DNA of 64,000 nucleotides, from the sequence record NC_047838.1; one strand, written 5' to 3'. The notes below the pieces were generated by a model. The model was not told where the DNA came from. It saw nothing but the letters and a program-made list of their open reading frames with translations, and searched no databases. Shown in pieces: positions 36,301 through 45,020 of this stretch. The stretch's first letter is position 1. The number at the start of each line of letters is the position of its first letter. The translations under genes were made by a program, and so were the position numbers.

Positions 36301-37932
36301 ATTACAAATGGTGGTTCTGGATATCAAGTTGGCGATGTTCTTGGCATTTCTACAATTGGTATCGCAACCGTTGGTAGAAATTCAAGAATTACAGTCACCG
36401 GTATTGGAATGACAAGTGAACTTATCTTTGAAAATGTTCAAGGAGAGTTTGTGACAGGTATTGGCAACACAATCATGTATGTCAATAGTGCAGGTGTTAC
36501 AACACAATTCAACTTTAATGACGCTAATGGTATCGGAGTAACTGCACAAAATATCATCACCGATAGTGACGGATTGCACATCAAGGTCAATCACAAAAAT
36601 CATGGTATGTACTTCTCTGATAACAGAGTTGCAATCAGCGATGTTCAGTCTGACATCAAACCAACAAAACTATCCGCAGAGTTTGCGATTGGTTCAACTG
36701 GTGAAATTTCTGTTAACGACGGAACTAACTTCGGAACCTTTGAGAATGTTGGTGTGGGAACAACAAACGTTGGATTCCTTAAGATTGGAAATGAAATTAT
36801 TGAATATACCAACGTAACTGGAAATGTAATCGGTGGCACAATCACCAGAGGTAACAATCAGGCGAACTATCCTATCGGAACTCCTGTATTCAAGTATGAA
36901 ATTGGTGGAGTCAATCTCCATAGAGTCAATAAGACGCATGATTTGAATAACGTCACCGTTGATAATCCAATCACTTTTGATTCTTATAATGTAAAACTTG
37001 ACATGTCAGAAACCTTCAATACAGGAACTGGCACTAGTGCAGATGATAGAAGTAATGATGTTGGTCTTCCTAAGTTGTTTATGAACAAGACGAAGACTGC
37101 TGGTGGTTATGATATTAGAGCATCTCAAAACATGCCATTTGAAATCCTTACACCCATCATTCAAAATGTCACCGTTCGTGGAACCTCCCTTAACGCTGAA
37201 GTAAGAACAATCTCAAGTCAAAGTATTAGTGGAAATGAAATTCCATTTATTGATGAAGGATTCTCGGATCTTAACATCAATACTCCAAACTACTTTGACA
37301 CCCCAAGAATGATTGCTTCTAAGGTGAATGAAAATGAAAAACTCGATAATATTCCTGGAAATAAATCTATGAATATGAGACTGTTCCTTGGAACAGTTGA
37401 TACAAGAGTAAGTCCTGTGGTTGATGCACAGAGAATTTCTGTAATTACCACTTCAAATAGAGTCAATAGTGTTGTTACTGACTACGCTACTGACGCGAGA
37501 GTCAATACTCTTAGAGAAGATCCCACAGCATGTCAATACATTTCTAAAGAAGTTGTATTGGAAAATCCTGCAACTTCGCTGAAGATTCTTGTTTCTGCTC
37601 ATGTAAATGCTCTGTCTGATATCAGAGCTCTTTACGCGATTAGCGACAAGCAAGGATTTGATCCCATCTTCCAACTGTTCCCTGGTTATGATAATCTCAA
37701 TACCAGAGGACAAGTGATTGACTCAAGTTTAAATGATGGTCAAACAGATACTAAGATTATTAGATCTGATAATTATAACTTCGATAGTTTGAATCTTGAT
37801 TATAAGGAAATGACATTTACTATCGATCAACTGCCTGCATTTAGATCATACAGAATCAAACTTCTGTTAACATCTACAAGTCAGGTATATGTCCCAAGAG
37901 TAAAAGATCTGAGAGTTATCGCACTTGCATAA
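30364..37932 (+). CDS. Large virion structural protein (DUF4815/VrlC-like, 2522 aa)
   Basis: MPQQTNLNVAPYFDDFD...VLFKPGYPVQARELTTLQS, APGADRLKI, YDPLAQSF. Confidence 0.8.
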   Translation: MPQQTNLNVAPYFDDFDPVNDYHRVLFKPGYPVQARELTTLQSILQNQVERFGQHFFKEGAKVIPGNTGYNRIYYCIQLVNTFQGVPVAAYAEQLVGTKITGLTSGVTAFVDSVLLPEDSERGNLTLYINYLDSSSTNNSTQTFSDAEELACNEIITSGLLGNSTISVGAPFGLTLSNEAAQTGSSFQIQNGVYFIRGNFVNVDTETLLLDQYGTTPSYRIGLFVSEEIITADLDETLNDNSQGFNNYAAPGADRLKISTSLIKKSLDDLDDGSFVELATVVNGVLRTKTVKGGLGGGVGYKDWTDVLARRTFAESGDYYVTPFDVTMKESLNDNLGNGGVYNAGQFTYGGSVPSDDLALYRLSAGRAFVRGYDIETLNATYLDVDKPRTTKTIEDQSVIYNTGPTLKLDNVHRTPSVGIGSTYVLSLRDQRVGTSAETAPGNEIGLARVYDFRIESGAYDTANADLNQWGISLYDVQSFTTLTLNQAHTLSVPTFVKGQRSGATAFIRSAVSDSKTVTLYETQGEFIKNEPLFFDGILDGRIAIAATAHGIGDVKSVFGTTDSTTGIHTFSADTVQSVALDVGVARITPRDQGGISTVTSTNPLFPGTAIKLNSLIQYSDLASVVGDDNDPIAGRVVSVGSSHIEFVGVATVTGIFGGKLPSSNTDVNDFKVLTTPLDPSTDNTLYTPLPKENIESVNLTDAILTIRKTFNVNIASNKLSSAITADDNEVFLPFTPSRYSLIREDGTTEELTADKFTITSPGGKSTLQINGLGSNDTGSTLIATIRKRKPKAKIKVRNRVQSIIVDKSKNVGSGIGTTTLNDGLTYGNYPFGTRVQDERISLNAPDVIEIHGIFESADTSNPSSPTLTLQSITSASATIDEFTIGESVVGQDSGAIGIIAEKTSVSDSKIAILYKNDILFREGETIISSETNISAIVNTADASSFDVSTNFTFNNGQENTFYDYGSIKRKSDSSEPTRKLRIYYKSASYDSTDDGDITTVASYDNFDYSSEIGIVGDSGNSDIIDIRPRVSSIATVSEGDRSPLEFLGRVFTGSGDSAQNILASDESLFIDFSYYLGRVDRVFLTKDGKFQVKYGVPSDRPEPPDVVDDAIEICEITLPPYLYNVVQASLKFNTHKRYRMQDIYKLEDRIKNLEYYTSLSMLETNTANLFVADADGLNRFKSGFFVDNFTSFKPQEERLPIKNSIDAEKKEFRPTHYTNSVDLIQGPVVNNDTTADLNFATIEGNNVRKQSDVITLDYAEVEWLKQSFATRTESVTPFLISFWKGSMELTPASDTWVDTARMKAKVIDVEGDYASTLELLARTENVDRQTGMAPIVWNAWETNWTGTTVTNTTRRRATSSSSTFGMGGWANNFSGGFGNPARRIRRTDTRVFEDTLQTTVQTGVMSRSGTRTVVTEQFDRESVGDRVVSRDIVPFMRSRNVEFVSKRMKPLTRMYAFFDGEDVTRFCVPKLLEISMVSGSFTVGETVTGRVNRTGLDQDTGNTAASITFRVAQSNHREGPYDVPTATFRENPYNNTPLSGAYSSTSEILNVDTFSLSAEAQGEFFGFVAPGMVLTGGSSGAQATITDVRLISDLAANLTGSFFIPDPNSTSFPEFETGSKNFTLTNDPDNNQDLCNTIAEETYTASGTLETVQENILSIRNARVERRQQFQERNVNRDLGTQVVGSRQVGGSVREEIIGWYDPLAQSFLVEDDTGVFLTKCDVFFATKDDMDIPVVFQLRTMENGLPTQKIIPFSEIVIAPEDITTSADGSVATSIEFKAPVYLEGGNTEYAICLASNSTKYSVYISRIGENDLLSDTFISNQPYLGSLFKSQNASTWEPSQWEDLKFTLYRADFIESGSVEFYSPELTKGNQMIPRLLPDSLVLNSKKIRVGLGTTTGDTGYEIGNTFFQLGTQASADLVGVAASATGLSVANPGIGYTPSTGSRTFSSVNLVTLSGNGRGAVADVFVNAGAIGVATITNGGSGYQVGDVLGISTIGIATVGRNSRITVTGIGMTSELIFENVQGEFVTGIGNTIMYVNSAGVTTQFNFNDANGIGVTAQNIITDSDGLHIKVNHKNHGMYFSDNRVAISDVQSDIKPTKLSAEFAIGSTGEISVNDGTNFGTFENVGVGTTNVGFLKIGNEIIEYTNVTGNVIGGTITRGNNQANYPIGTPVFKYEIGGVNLHRVNKTHDLNNVTVDNPITFDSYNVKLDMSETFNTGTGTSADDRSNDVGLPKLFMNKTKTAGGYDIRASQNMPFEILTPIIQNVTVRGTSLNAEVRTISSQSISGNEIPFIDEGFSDLNINTPNYFDTPRMIASKVNENEKLDNIPGNKSMNMRLFLGTVDTRVSPVVDAQRISVITTSNRVNSVVTDYATDARVNTLREDPTACQYISKEVVLENPATSLKILVSAHVNALSDIRALYAISDKQGFDPIFQLFPGYDNLNTRGQVIDSSLNDGQTDTKIIRSDNYNFDSLNLDYKEMTFTIDQLPAFRSYRIKLLLTSTSQVYVPRVKDLRVIALA

Positions 37933-38159
37933 TGGAAAAATATACTGTAGAGGGTCACTCCGATTTAGCGAGAGACCCTCGCACTGGTTCAATTGTTAAT
38001 GTAAACAAAACTGAATATGAGCAATATCTTGCAAGACGTGAAGTGAAATCTGAAAAGAATCAAAAAGTACAGAATCTTGAGGATGAACTTGCTAGTATGA
38101 AGGGTGATATTGATGAAATTAAGTCACTACTTAAGGAGTTATTAAATGGACCCAGATAG
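37932..38159 (+). CDS. Conserved hypothetical coiled-coil protein
   Basis: VEGHSDLARDPRTGSIVN...LKGDIDEIKSLL-like pattern; overlaps the upstream stop. Confidence 0.75.
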   Translation: MEKYTVEGHSDLARDPRTGSIVNVNKTEYEQYLARREVKSEKNQKVQNLEDELASMKGDIDEIKSLLKELLNGPR

Positions 38160-38325
38160 CATAGAACTTAACAATCTTTCTAAAAGTTTTGCATATCAAA
38201 AGTTAGCATCTGAGATAGATAGTTGCGATGATCGCGATCAACTCAGAAACATCGCTAAGTCATTTATCAAACTTTATTATAAACAACAAGAAACAATGTC
38301 AGTAATAGGTATCCCGAATGGCTAG
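38146..38325 (+). CDS. Small helical protein (59 aa, not in track), weakly NblA-like
   Basis: MDPDSIELNNLSKSFAYQKLASEIDSCDDRDQLRNIAKSFIKLYYKQQETMSVIGIPNG; overlaps both neighbours. Confidence 0.6.
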   Translation: MDPDSIELNNLSKSFAYQKLASEIDSCDDRDQLRNIAKSFIKLYYKQQETMSVIGIPNG

Positions 38326-38704
38326 TAATAACATTACTTTTGACCCAGATTCTGGAGTTCCTTACGGTGCCAATTTCTCCATCTATACTGGCGGAGATTT
38401 CAAACAAACCTTCAACATTAAAAATACATCTAACTCTGCCTTTAACCTCACAGGATATTCGGGGTCAGGTCAGATGAGAAAGAGCACATCCATCGGATCA
38501 ACAACGATTGCTGCAGGAACTTTTACTGTGGGTGTTACTAGTGCTCTGGGTGGTACGTTGCAAATTTCCATGGGTTCTACCGACACAAGAAATTTGGCAG
38601 AAGGTAGATATATGTATGATGTCTTAGTAAGTTCTGGTGCAACTTACTATAACTTGGTTAATGGAAATGTGTATGTATATCAGGGTATTTCTTCCGCTCC
38701 ATAA
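38318..38704 (+). CDS. Hypothetical virion-associated beta-rich protein
   Basis: FNLTGYSGSGQMRKS...LAEGRYMYDVLV pattern; upstream of the neck genes. Confidence 0.65.
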   Translation: MASNNITFDPDSGVPYGANFSIYTGGDFKQTFNIKNTSNSAFNLTGYSGSGQMRKSTSIGSTTIAAGTFTVGVTSALGGTLQISMGSTDTRNLAEGRYMYDVLVSSGATYYNLVNGNVYVYQGISSAP

Positions 38705-38707
38705 ATA
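38702..38707 (+). promoter_or_regulatory. T4-type late promoter
   Basis: CATAAATA upstream of gp13. Confidence 0.65.
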
Positions 38708-38726
38708 CTTAAAAAGTAGTGAATAG

Positions 38727-39569
38727 ATGGCACAACCTGCAAGTAGGACAGACCTCATAAACTATTGCAAAAGACAGTTAGGTGCTCCTGTCTTAGAGAT
38801 CAACATCGCAGATGAGCAGGTGGATGATCTGGTTGATGATGCTCTGCAGTATTTTCACGAAAGACATTTTGATGGTGTCATACAGACGTTTTTAAAATAT
38901 AAAATTACACAAGACGATATTGATAGAGGAAGAGCGAGAGGAGGAAATAATCCTGTTGGTATTGTAACCACTACTGCTACATCAACAGTTGGGATTTCTT
39001 CTACTTTTTCTTTTGAAGAGAATAGTAACTTCTTACAGATTCCACCTGCTGTACTTGGGATCAATAAGATTTTTAGATTTGATGGATCAAATACTGTTAC
39101 TAATAACATGTTTAGTGTTAAGTATCAGTTATTTTTGAATGACGTTTATACGTTCAGTTCGACTGAGATTCTATCATATGCTATGACAAAGAGATATCTT
39201 GAAGATCTTGATTTTGCACTAGGGACAGAAAAATATATTAGATTTAATAAAAGACAAGATAGACTTTACTTAGATTTTGACTGGGGTGCAGCAAGTAAAG
39301 ATGATTATCTGATTATTGATTGTTATAGACTTATTGATCCAAACGATTTCACTAGAGTTTATAATGACTCATTCTTAAAGAAATATCTTACTGCCCTAAT
39401 GAAGAGGCAATGGGGACAGAACTTGATTAAGTTCCAAGGTGTTAAACTTCCTGGTGGAATTGAACTTAATGGTCGTCAAATTTATGATGATGCAGAGAAA
39501 GATTTAGAAATTATCAGGGAGCAGATGTCTAATACTTATGAACTTCCTCCCCTTGATATGATAGGTTGA
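38727..39569 (+). CDS. gp13: Neck protein gp13
   Basis: LINYCKRQLGAPVLEINIADEQVDD, WGQNLIKFQGVKLPGGIELNG. Confidence 0.93.
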   Translation: MAQPASRTDLINYCKRQLGAPVLEINIADEQVDDLVDDALQYFHERHFDGVIQTFLKYKITQDDIDRGRARGGNNPVGIVTTTATSTVGISSTFSFEENSNFLQIPPAVLGINKIFRFDGSNTVTNNMFSVKYQLFLNDVYTFSSTEILSYAMTKRYLEDLDFALGTEKYIRFNKRQDRLYLDFDWGAASKDDYLIIDCYRLIDPNDFTRVYNDSFLKKYLTALMKRQWGQNLIKFQGVKLPGGIELNGRQIYDDAEKDLEIIREQMSNTYELPPLDMIG

Positions 39570-39573
39570 TATC

Positions 39574-41025
39574 ATGGTGTTAAATCCATTTTTCACACAA
39601 GGCACTTCATCCGAACAAAATCTTGTTCAGGACCTTATCAACGAACAGTTAAGAACTTATGGTGTAGAAATTTTTTACATCCCAAGAAAATTCGTTACCG
39701 AGAAGTCAGTAATTAGAGAGGTAGTTCAATCCAAGTTTGATCTTGCTCTACCTCTAGAAGCATATATTGACAACTACGATCAATACTCTGGTGCAGGTAA
39801 TTTACTATCAAAATTTGGTATTGAATCAAGAGATGAGGTAAGACTAGTTATCTCAAGAGAAAGATATGAAAATTATATTACACCTCTGATTGAAGATCAA
39901 TCAAACATCAAACTATCAACCAGACCAAAGAGTGGAGATTTAATTTGGTTCCCTCTTGATGATCGTCTTTATGAGATTAAAGATATAGAGTATGCTAAAC
40001 CATATTATCAACTACAAGATCTTTACACTTATGAACTATATTGTGAGCTCTATCGTTATGAAGATGAGGTGATAGCGACAGGTATTGATGAAATTGATAA
40101 TAACTTAGTTGGAGATGAGGGAGACGGTGAAACTGATGATGGTATCAGCACAATTCAAGGTGTCACTCATACTTTAACCCTGGTTGGAACTGGTGTTACC
40201 GCAACTGCTGTCACAGGAATCATCACATCTGGTGGTGTTAGATTTATCACCATTACAAATAGAGGAGGAGGATATGGAGAGATTCCAACGGTTGCAATAT
40301 CTTCTGCTCCGTCAACAGGTATCACAGGTATTGCAACTGCTACCATGATTGGTGGTATCAACGTATGCAACCTTAACGCAAATCCAAAACTGCAGTCTGT
40401 CCAGACTGTGCCTATCATAAATCCAGGTGCAGGATATACTGTTGCACCTAAGATCAAGTTCTATGGTGGCAAGGGAGGCACAGGAGCAGCAGCGACCTCT
40501 GGAATCGGTGATGGTGTAGTGGGAATTGTCACTTTAAGTGGTGGGGGTTCTGGTTATACCACAGCACCAACCATTACACTTTCAAATGAAGTGTTCTTGT
40601 CAGGTGTTTCTACCGAGTCTGCTGAATTGGTTCCAGTCGTAAGTGCTGCTGGAACAATTAGTGCAATTAGAATTACAAATGCAGGTCTTGGTTATAGCAC
40701 AGCACCAACTATTACCATCGGAAGTCCCAACATGGACTCATCTGGAGACTTTATCTTTAATGAAGTTGTAACAGGTTCTACTAGCGGAACTACAGGAAGA
40801 GTAAGAACTTATAACTCAACCACAAACATCCTTGAGGTTGCAAGTGTAAGTGGAACATTCACGATTGGTGAAGATATTGTAGGATCTACGTCAGGTGCAT
40901 CACATGCCTTAAGAGTGATTGATACTGAACCTGACAACGATCCATTCGCTGATAATTTTGAGATTGAAACTCAAGCAGATAATATTCTTGACTTCTCCGA
41001 ACAGAATCCATTCGGTATTCCCTAA
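39574..41025 (+). CDS. gp14: Neck protein gp14 (with repeat insertion)
   Basis: EQNLVQDLINEQLRTYG, SKFGIESRDE, DFSEQNPFG. Confidence 0.9.
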   Translation: MVLNPFFTQGTSSEQNLVQDLINEQLRTYGVEIFYIPRKFVTEKSVIREVVQSKFDLALPLEAYIDNYDQYSGAGNLLSKFGIESRDEVRLVISRERYENYITPLIEDQSNIKLSTRPKSGDLIWFPLDDRLYEIKDIEYAKPYYQLQDLYTYELYCELYRYEDEVIATGIDEIDNNLVGDEGDGETDDGISTIQGVTHTLTLVGTGVTATAVTGIITSGGVRFITITNRGGGYGEIPTVAISSAPSTGITGIATATMIGGINVCNLNANPKLQSVQTVPIINPGAGYTVAPKIKFYGGKGGTGAAATSGIGDGVVGIVTLSGGGSGYTTAPTITLSNEVFLSGVSTESAELVPVVSAAGTISAIRITNAGLGYSTAPTITIGSPNMDSSGDFIFNEVVTGSTSGTTGRVRTYNSTTNILEVASVSGTFTIGEDIVGSTSGASHALRVIDTEPDNDPFADNFEIETQADNILDFSEQNPFGIP

Positions 41026-41028
41026 ATA
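41023..41028 (+). promoter_or_regulatory. T4-type late promoter
   Basis: CTAAATA upstream of gp15. Confidence 0.6.
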
Positions 41029-41065
41029 TAGTTAGTCGGACTACTTATTGTCATAAGGTCTTAAC

Positions 41066-42067
41066 ATGTTTGGATACTTTTATAACGAAATTTTGAGGAG
41101 GACAATCATATCCTTTGGAACCCTCTTCAATAACGTAACGATTCAGCAGGATAATTCTGTTGTAAAAGTTCCTCTGGCCTATGGTCCAACTCAAAAGTTT
41201 TTAGCAAGAATTGAGCAGTCACCCGATCTCAACAAACCAACGGCAATCACCCTTCCAAGAATGTCGTTTGAGTTTACAGGACTTACTTACGATCCTTCCA
41301 GAAAAGTAACGACTACTCAACAGTTTACTGTAAAAGATCCTGATGACGGAACAGAGACCAAAAAGGCATTCATGCCGGTTCCGTACAATATGAATTTTGA
41401 ACTGGCAATCATGACTAAGTTAAATGATGATGCTCTTCAAATCGTTGAACAGATATTACCATATTTTCAACCAGCATATAATCTTACTGTTGAGCTAGTG
41501 TCAACAATTCAAGAAAAGAAAGATGTCCCTGTGATTCTTGAAAACATCACCATGGAGGATGACTACGAGGGAGATTTTACAAAGAGAAGAGTTTTACTTT
41601 ATACTCTGAGATTTACTGCAAAGACATACCTGTTTGGTCCTGTTTCTTCTGCAACGAAGGATATTATCAAGAAGGCAACTGTCAATTATCTCACAGGCAC
41701 AGACACTTCAAATACTACAAGAGCACTTACTTACTCTGTCGAACCAAGAGCAATCAAAAATTATACTGGTGATGCTGTCACTAACCTGGCAGATGATGTC
41801 ACTAAGACTGCTAAGACGATCAGTGTTGATAGTGCAAGTGGTTTGAGTGAGAAGACTTACGTTGATCTAAATGGTGAGACCATCTACATTAAATCAATCG
41901 ATGGCACTAAACTATCTGTTCTTAGAGGTCAATACAAAACTGCTGCAGTCACTCACCTCAAAGGTGATGGCGTATTCGTAATTGACTCCTCAGATAATGC
42001 TCTTATTGAAGAAGGTGATGACTTTGGATTTAGCGGCACTCTGACTGGAGGATTTGACGGATTATGA
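41066..42067 (+). CDS. gp15: Tail sheath stabiliser/terminator gp15
   Basis: YFYNEILRRTIISFGTLFN, VPLAYGPTQKFLAR, LPRMSFE, EQILPYFQP. Confidence 0.93.
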   Translation: MFGYFYNEILRRTIISFGTLFNNVTIQQDNSVVKVPLAYGPTQKFLARIEQSPDLNKPTAITLPRMSFEFTGLTYDPSRKVTTTQQFTVKDPDDGTETKKAFMPVPYNMNFELAIMTKLNDDALQIVEQILPYFQPAYNLTVELVSTIQEKKDVPVILENITMEDDYEGDFTKRRVLLYTLRFTAKTYLFGPVSSATKDIIKKATVNYLTGTDTSNTTRALTYSVEPRAIKNYTGDAVTNLADDVTKTAKTISVDSASGLSEKTYVDLNGETIYIKSIDGTKLSVLRGQYKTAAVTHLKGDGVFVIDSSDNALIEEGDDFGFSGTLTGGFDGL

Positions 42068-42471
42068 GTTTTAACGATTTAAACGAAACATTCAACGTTG
42101 ATGGTGAAGTAGTTCATCCTGAGGTTTCCCCTATCAAACCTAAAAAAATTACTGCTCAAGTTGATGACATCAAAAAGGATTATGAATACACTAGAGGTAA
42201 TTTATATTCTATAATTGAAAAGGGTCAAGAGGCAATCAACGGTATTCTTGAATTGGCACAGGAGTCTGATCAACCTCGTGCATATGAAGTTGCAGGACAA
42301 CTTATCAAGAGTGTTTCTGATGCTACAGATAAGTTGATGGATCTTCAGAAAAAACTGAAAGACGTTGAAGAAGATAAACAAGTTCGTGGTCCTTCCACGG
42401 TTAATAATGCGTTGTTTGTTGGATCTACTGCAGAATTAGCAAAACTATTGAAAGAAAAGGATAAAAAATGA
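42064..42471 (+). CDS. gp16: Terminase small subunit gp16
   Basis: DYEYTRGNLYSIIEKG...PRAYEVAGQLIK...NNALFVGSTAEL. Confidence 0.88.
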   Translation: MSFNDLNETFNVDGEVVHPEVSPIKPKKITAQVDDIKKDYEYTRGNLYSIIEKGQEAINGILELAQESDQPRAYEVAGQLIKSVSDATDKLMDLQKKLKDVEEDKQVRGPSTVNNALFVGSTAELAKLLKEKDKK

Positions 42472-45020
42472 GCACAGAGTTAGGAGAATTTTTTTCCCTC
42501 ATAGGTAAAGCCAGACAAGAGAAGGAAGAAGAATTCCAATCTCTTGTGGGGGAGATTAATATTGACTCTTTGTTTGCAGAAGTAAAAACATCCGTTGCCG
42601 AAGATAAAAAGAAGAAAAAGAAAAAATTAGAGGAGGATAAAAAGAAAAAGGCAAAAGAAAAAAAACAAGTAAAAGCACTTGAGTCGTGGTTATATTCTGA
42701 ACCAAAGCAAGAAGAAAAACTTGAAATAGAAGATGCTAATGGAGATGTTGCGTTTGAAGTTGTTGATTTAATCACACCAGAACCACTCAAACCATCTGAA
42801 CCAGTTGTAGAAGAGCAAGAAAAACCCGAAGAAATTTCTGAAGAAGCAGAAGAAATTCCAGAGGATACCGTTGATCATGCACTTAAAATTCTTGAGACCA
42901 TAAAGTCAAAAGAAGAAGTTCAAGAGAACGTTAGTGATCCAGAGATTATTAAGATAAGGAGAGAATTAGAATATCTTAAAAATCTTGTAAATGCACAAGG
43001 TGGCGGTGGTGAAGTTCGTCTTGAGTTTCTTGATGATGTTGATAGAGATACAGCGTTAGTTGATGGAAAGTTCTTAAAGTATCAGGCATCAACTAAAACT
43101 TTTGTCGGTGCTGATGCATCTGGCGGTGGGGGTAGCACAGCAGGTATTGATACCACAGGCACGTCTCACTTTAAAAATCTCTCCCTTACAGGGATCACGA
43201 CAGGTCTAAATGTATCTGGTATTGCAACAGTCGGTAGACTTGCAAGTTTCAAAGCATTAGTTGGGGCAGCAAGTTCTACAACGGAAACATTTGTCACCAC
43301 AGTTGATAGCAAGACAACTAACCACCGTTACTATGGAAGTGGTTCTAGTAGCGCATATTTTTTAGACGGGATAGAATCTCCATTTCTTACACTTCTTCCA
43401 GGCAAAACATATAGATTTGATCAGTCTGATAGTTCAAATGGCGGTCACCCTCTTCGTTTTTATCTAGAGGCAGACAAGACAACTGCATATACAACTAACG
43501 TTACAACAAACGGAACTGCTGGTAGTTCTGGTGCATATACAGAGATTCTGGTAACTGATTCAACACCACTCGTTTTACATTACCAGTGCTCCAGTCATGG
43601 ATACATGGGGAACTCATCGTTCCTCAACTCAAACTTAGTTGATACTCCATATCAAATTACCGCTAGAAGTGGTATAAACGTATCGGGTATTGTAACCGCT
43701 ACAAGTTTTGTTGGAAATATAACTGGAAATGTTACAGGTAATGCTGATACTGCGACATCAGCAACTACAGCAACCACAGCAACAAATGCTCAAGGACTTA
43801 CTGGTACACCAAACATAACTGTTGGCATCATTACAGCGGCGTCCGCAGAGTTCTCAGGAAACGTCACAGTTGGTGGAACTATTACATATGAAGATGTTAA
43901 GAATGTTGATTCTCTTGGTATCGTAACAGCTAGAACTGGAATCGATGTCTTAGCGAATGGAATAAATGTTGTCGGTATATCTACAATAAGCACCGGTGTC
44001 GGAACGGTGCATGTTGGAACAGGAAATACAACTTTATTGGTTGACGGTGATGCAAGAGTCACCGGTATTTTAACAATTGGAACTGAATCAATTACATTAG
44101 ATCCTACTGCAAAACAAATTAGAGGTCTTGAAGAGATTATAATTGGTATTGCAAATACAATTACAATCAAACAAGATTCCAAAGGTGAGATTGAATTTAC
44201 TGACGCAGCGGGAACTCAAAAGTCAGTTGGTATTGGAACCACAGTTTCAATTAATACATCTGGTATTATAACAGCGACAAGTTTTGTAGGTGATGTAACT
44301 GGTGATGTTACAGGAAATGCAGATACTGCAACCTTAGCAACAACTGCAACTTATGCTGTCAACGCTGGTCTCGCCACCGAAGCAACATATGCCATTACTG
44401 CAGGATTAGCGACCGAAGCAACTTATGCAGTTACTGCTGGTTTAGCGACTGAAGCAACGTTTGCTCTGACAGCAGGTATATCTACTTTTGCAACTACAGC
44501 AGGTGTTGCAACTGATGTAATCGGTGGAATCGCATCCGTAACCACACTAGATGTTACAGGCGTTTCTACTTTGCCTGCGATATCTGGTCAGAACATTAAT
44601 GTATCTGGAATTGTCACAGCAAATGCGTTTGTTGGTGATGGCACAGGACTGACTGGTGTTGGTGGTGGATCTGTCATCTCAGGTATTACAATCAGAGAAG
44701 AAGGCAGCACAGTAGGAACTGCTGGCACAGTTGTTTCTCTTAATTTTGTTGGTGATAACATCACAGCAACTTCTTCAGGTGCTGCTGCAACAATTACAGC
44801 ATCTGCAACACCAACTTTTGACTCAGTATCTGTTGGTGTTGCAACAGTTTCTTCAGCACTTTATGTTCCAAAATATACAACTACAGCAAGAGATGCAGCA
44901 ACTTTTGCAGAGGGTGCGATTATCTTTAATACTACTACAAAGAAAATGAACTTCTACGATGGAACAAACTGGGTAGAACTGCCAGGCGTAACACTTGGAC
45001 TTGGTATGGGAGTCTTCTGA
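42468..45020 (+). CDS. Fibre-like virion protein (K/E-rich N-terminus, cupredoxin-like domain, Ala/Thr repeats)
   Basis: 850 aa; VGIGT/VTGNADTAT fibre motifs; HPLRF...YQCSSHGYMG. Confidence 0.65.
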   Translation: MSTELGEFFSLIGKARQEKEEEFQSLVGEINIDSLFAEVKTSVAEDKKKKKKKLEEDKKKKAKEKKQVKALESWLYSEPKQEEKLEIEDANGDVAFEVVDLITPEPLKPSEPVVEEQEKPEEISEEAEEIPEDTVDHALKILETIKSKEEVQENVSDPEIIKIRRELEYLKNLVNAQGGGGEVRLEFLDDVDRDTALVDGKFLKYQASTKTFVGADASGGGGSTAGIDTTGTSHFKNLSLTGITTGLNVSGIATVGRLASFKALVGAASSTTETFVTTVDSKTTNHRYYGSGSSSAYFLDGIESPFLTLLPGKTYRFDQSDSSNGGHPLRFYLEADKTTAYTTNVTTNGTAGSSGAYTEILVTDSTPLVLHYQCSSHGYMGNSSFLNSNLVDTPYQITARSGINVSGIVTATSFVGNITGNVTGNADTATSATTATTATNAQGLTGTPNITVGIITAASAEFSGNVTVGGTITYEDVKNVDSLGIVTARTGIDVLANGINVVGISTISTGVGTVHVGTGNTTLLVDGDARVTGILTIGTESITLDPTAKQIRGLEEIIIGIANTITIKQDSKGEIEFTDAAGTQKSVGIGTTVSINTSGIITATSFVGDVTGDVTGNADTATLATTATYAVNAGLATEATYAITAGLATEATYAVTAGLATEATFALTAGISTFATTAGVATDVIGGIASVTTLDVTGVSTLPAISGQNINVSGIVTANAFVGDGTGLTGVGGGSVISGITIREEGSTVGTAGTVVSLNFVGDNITATSSGAAATITASATPTFDSVSVGVATVSSALYVPKYTTTARDAATFAEGAIIFNTTTKKMNFYDGTNWVELPGVTLGLGMGVF
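44346..44489 (+). repeat. Four degenerate 36-bp tandem repeats (12 aa: ATYA[VI]TAGLATE)
   Basis: Units start at 44346, 44382, 44418, 44454. Confidence 0.85.
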
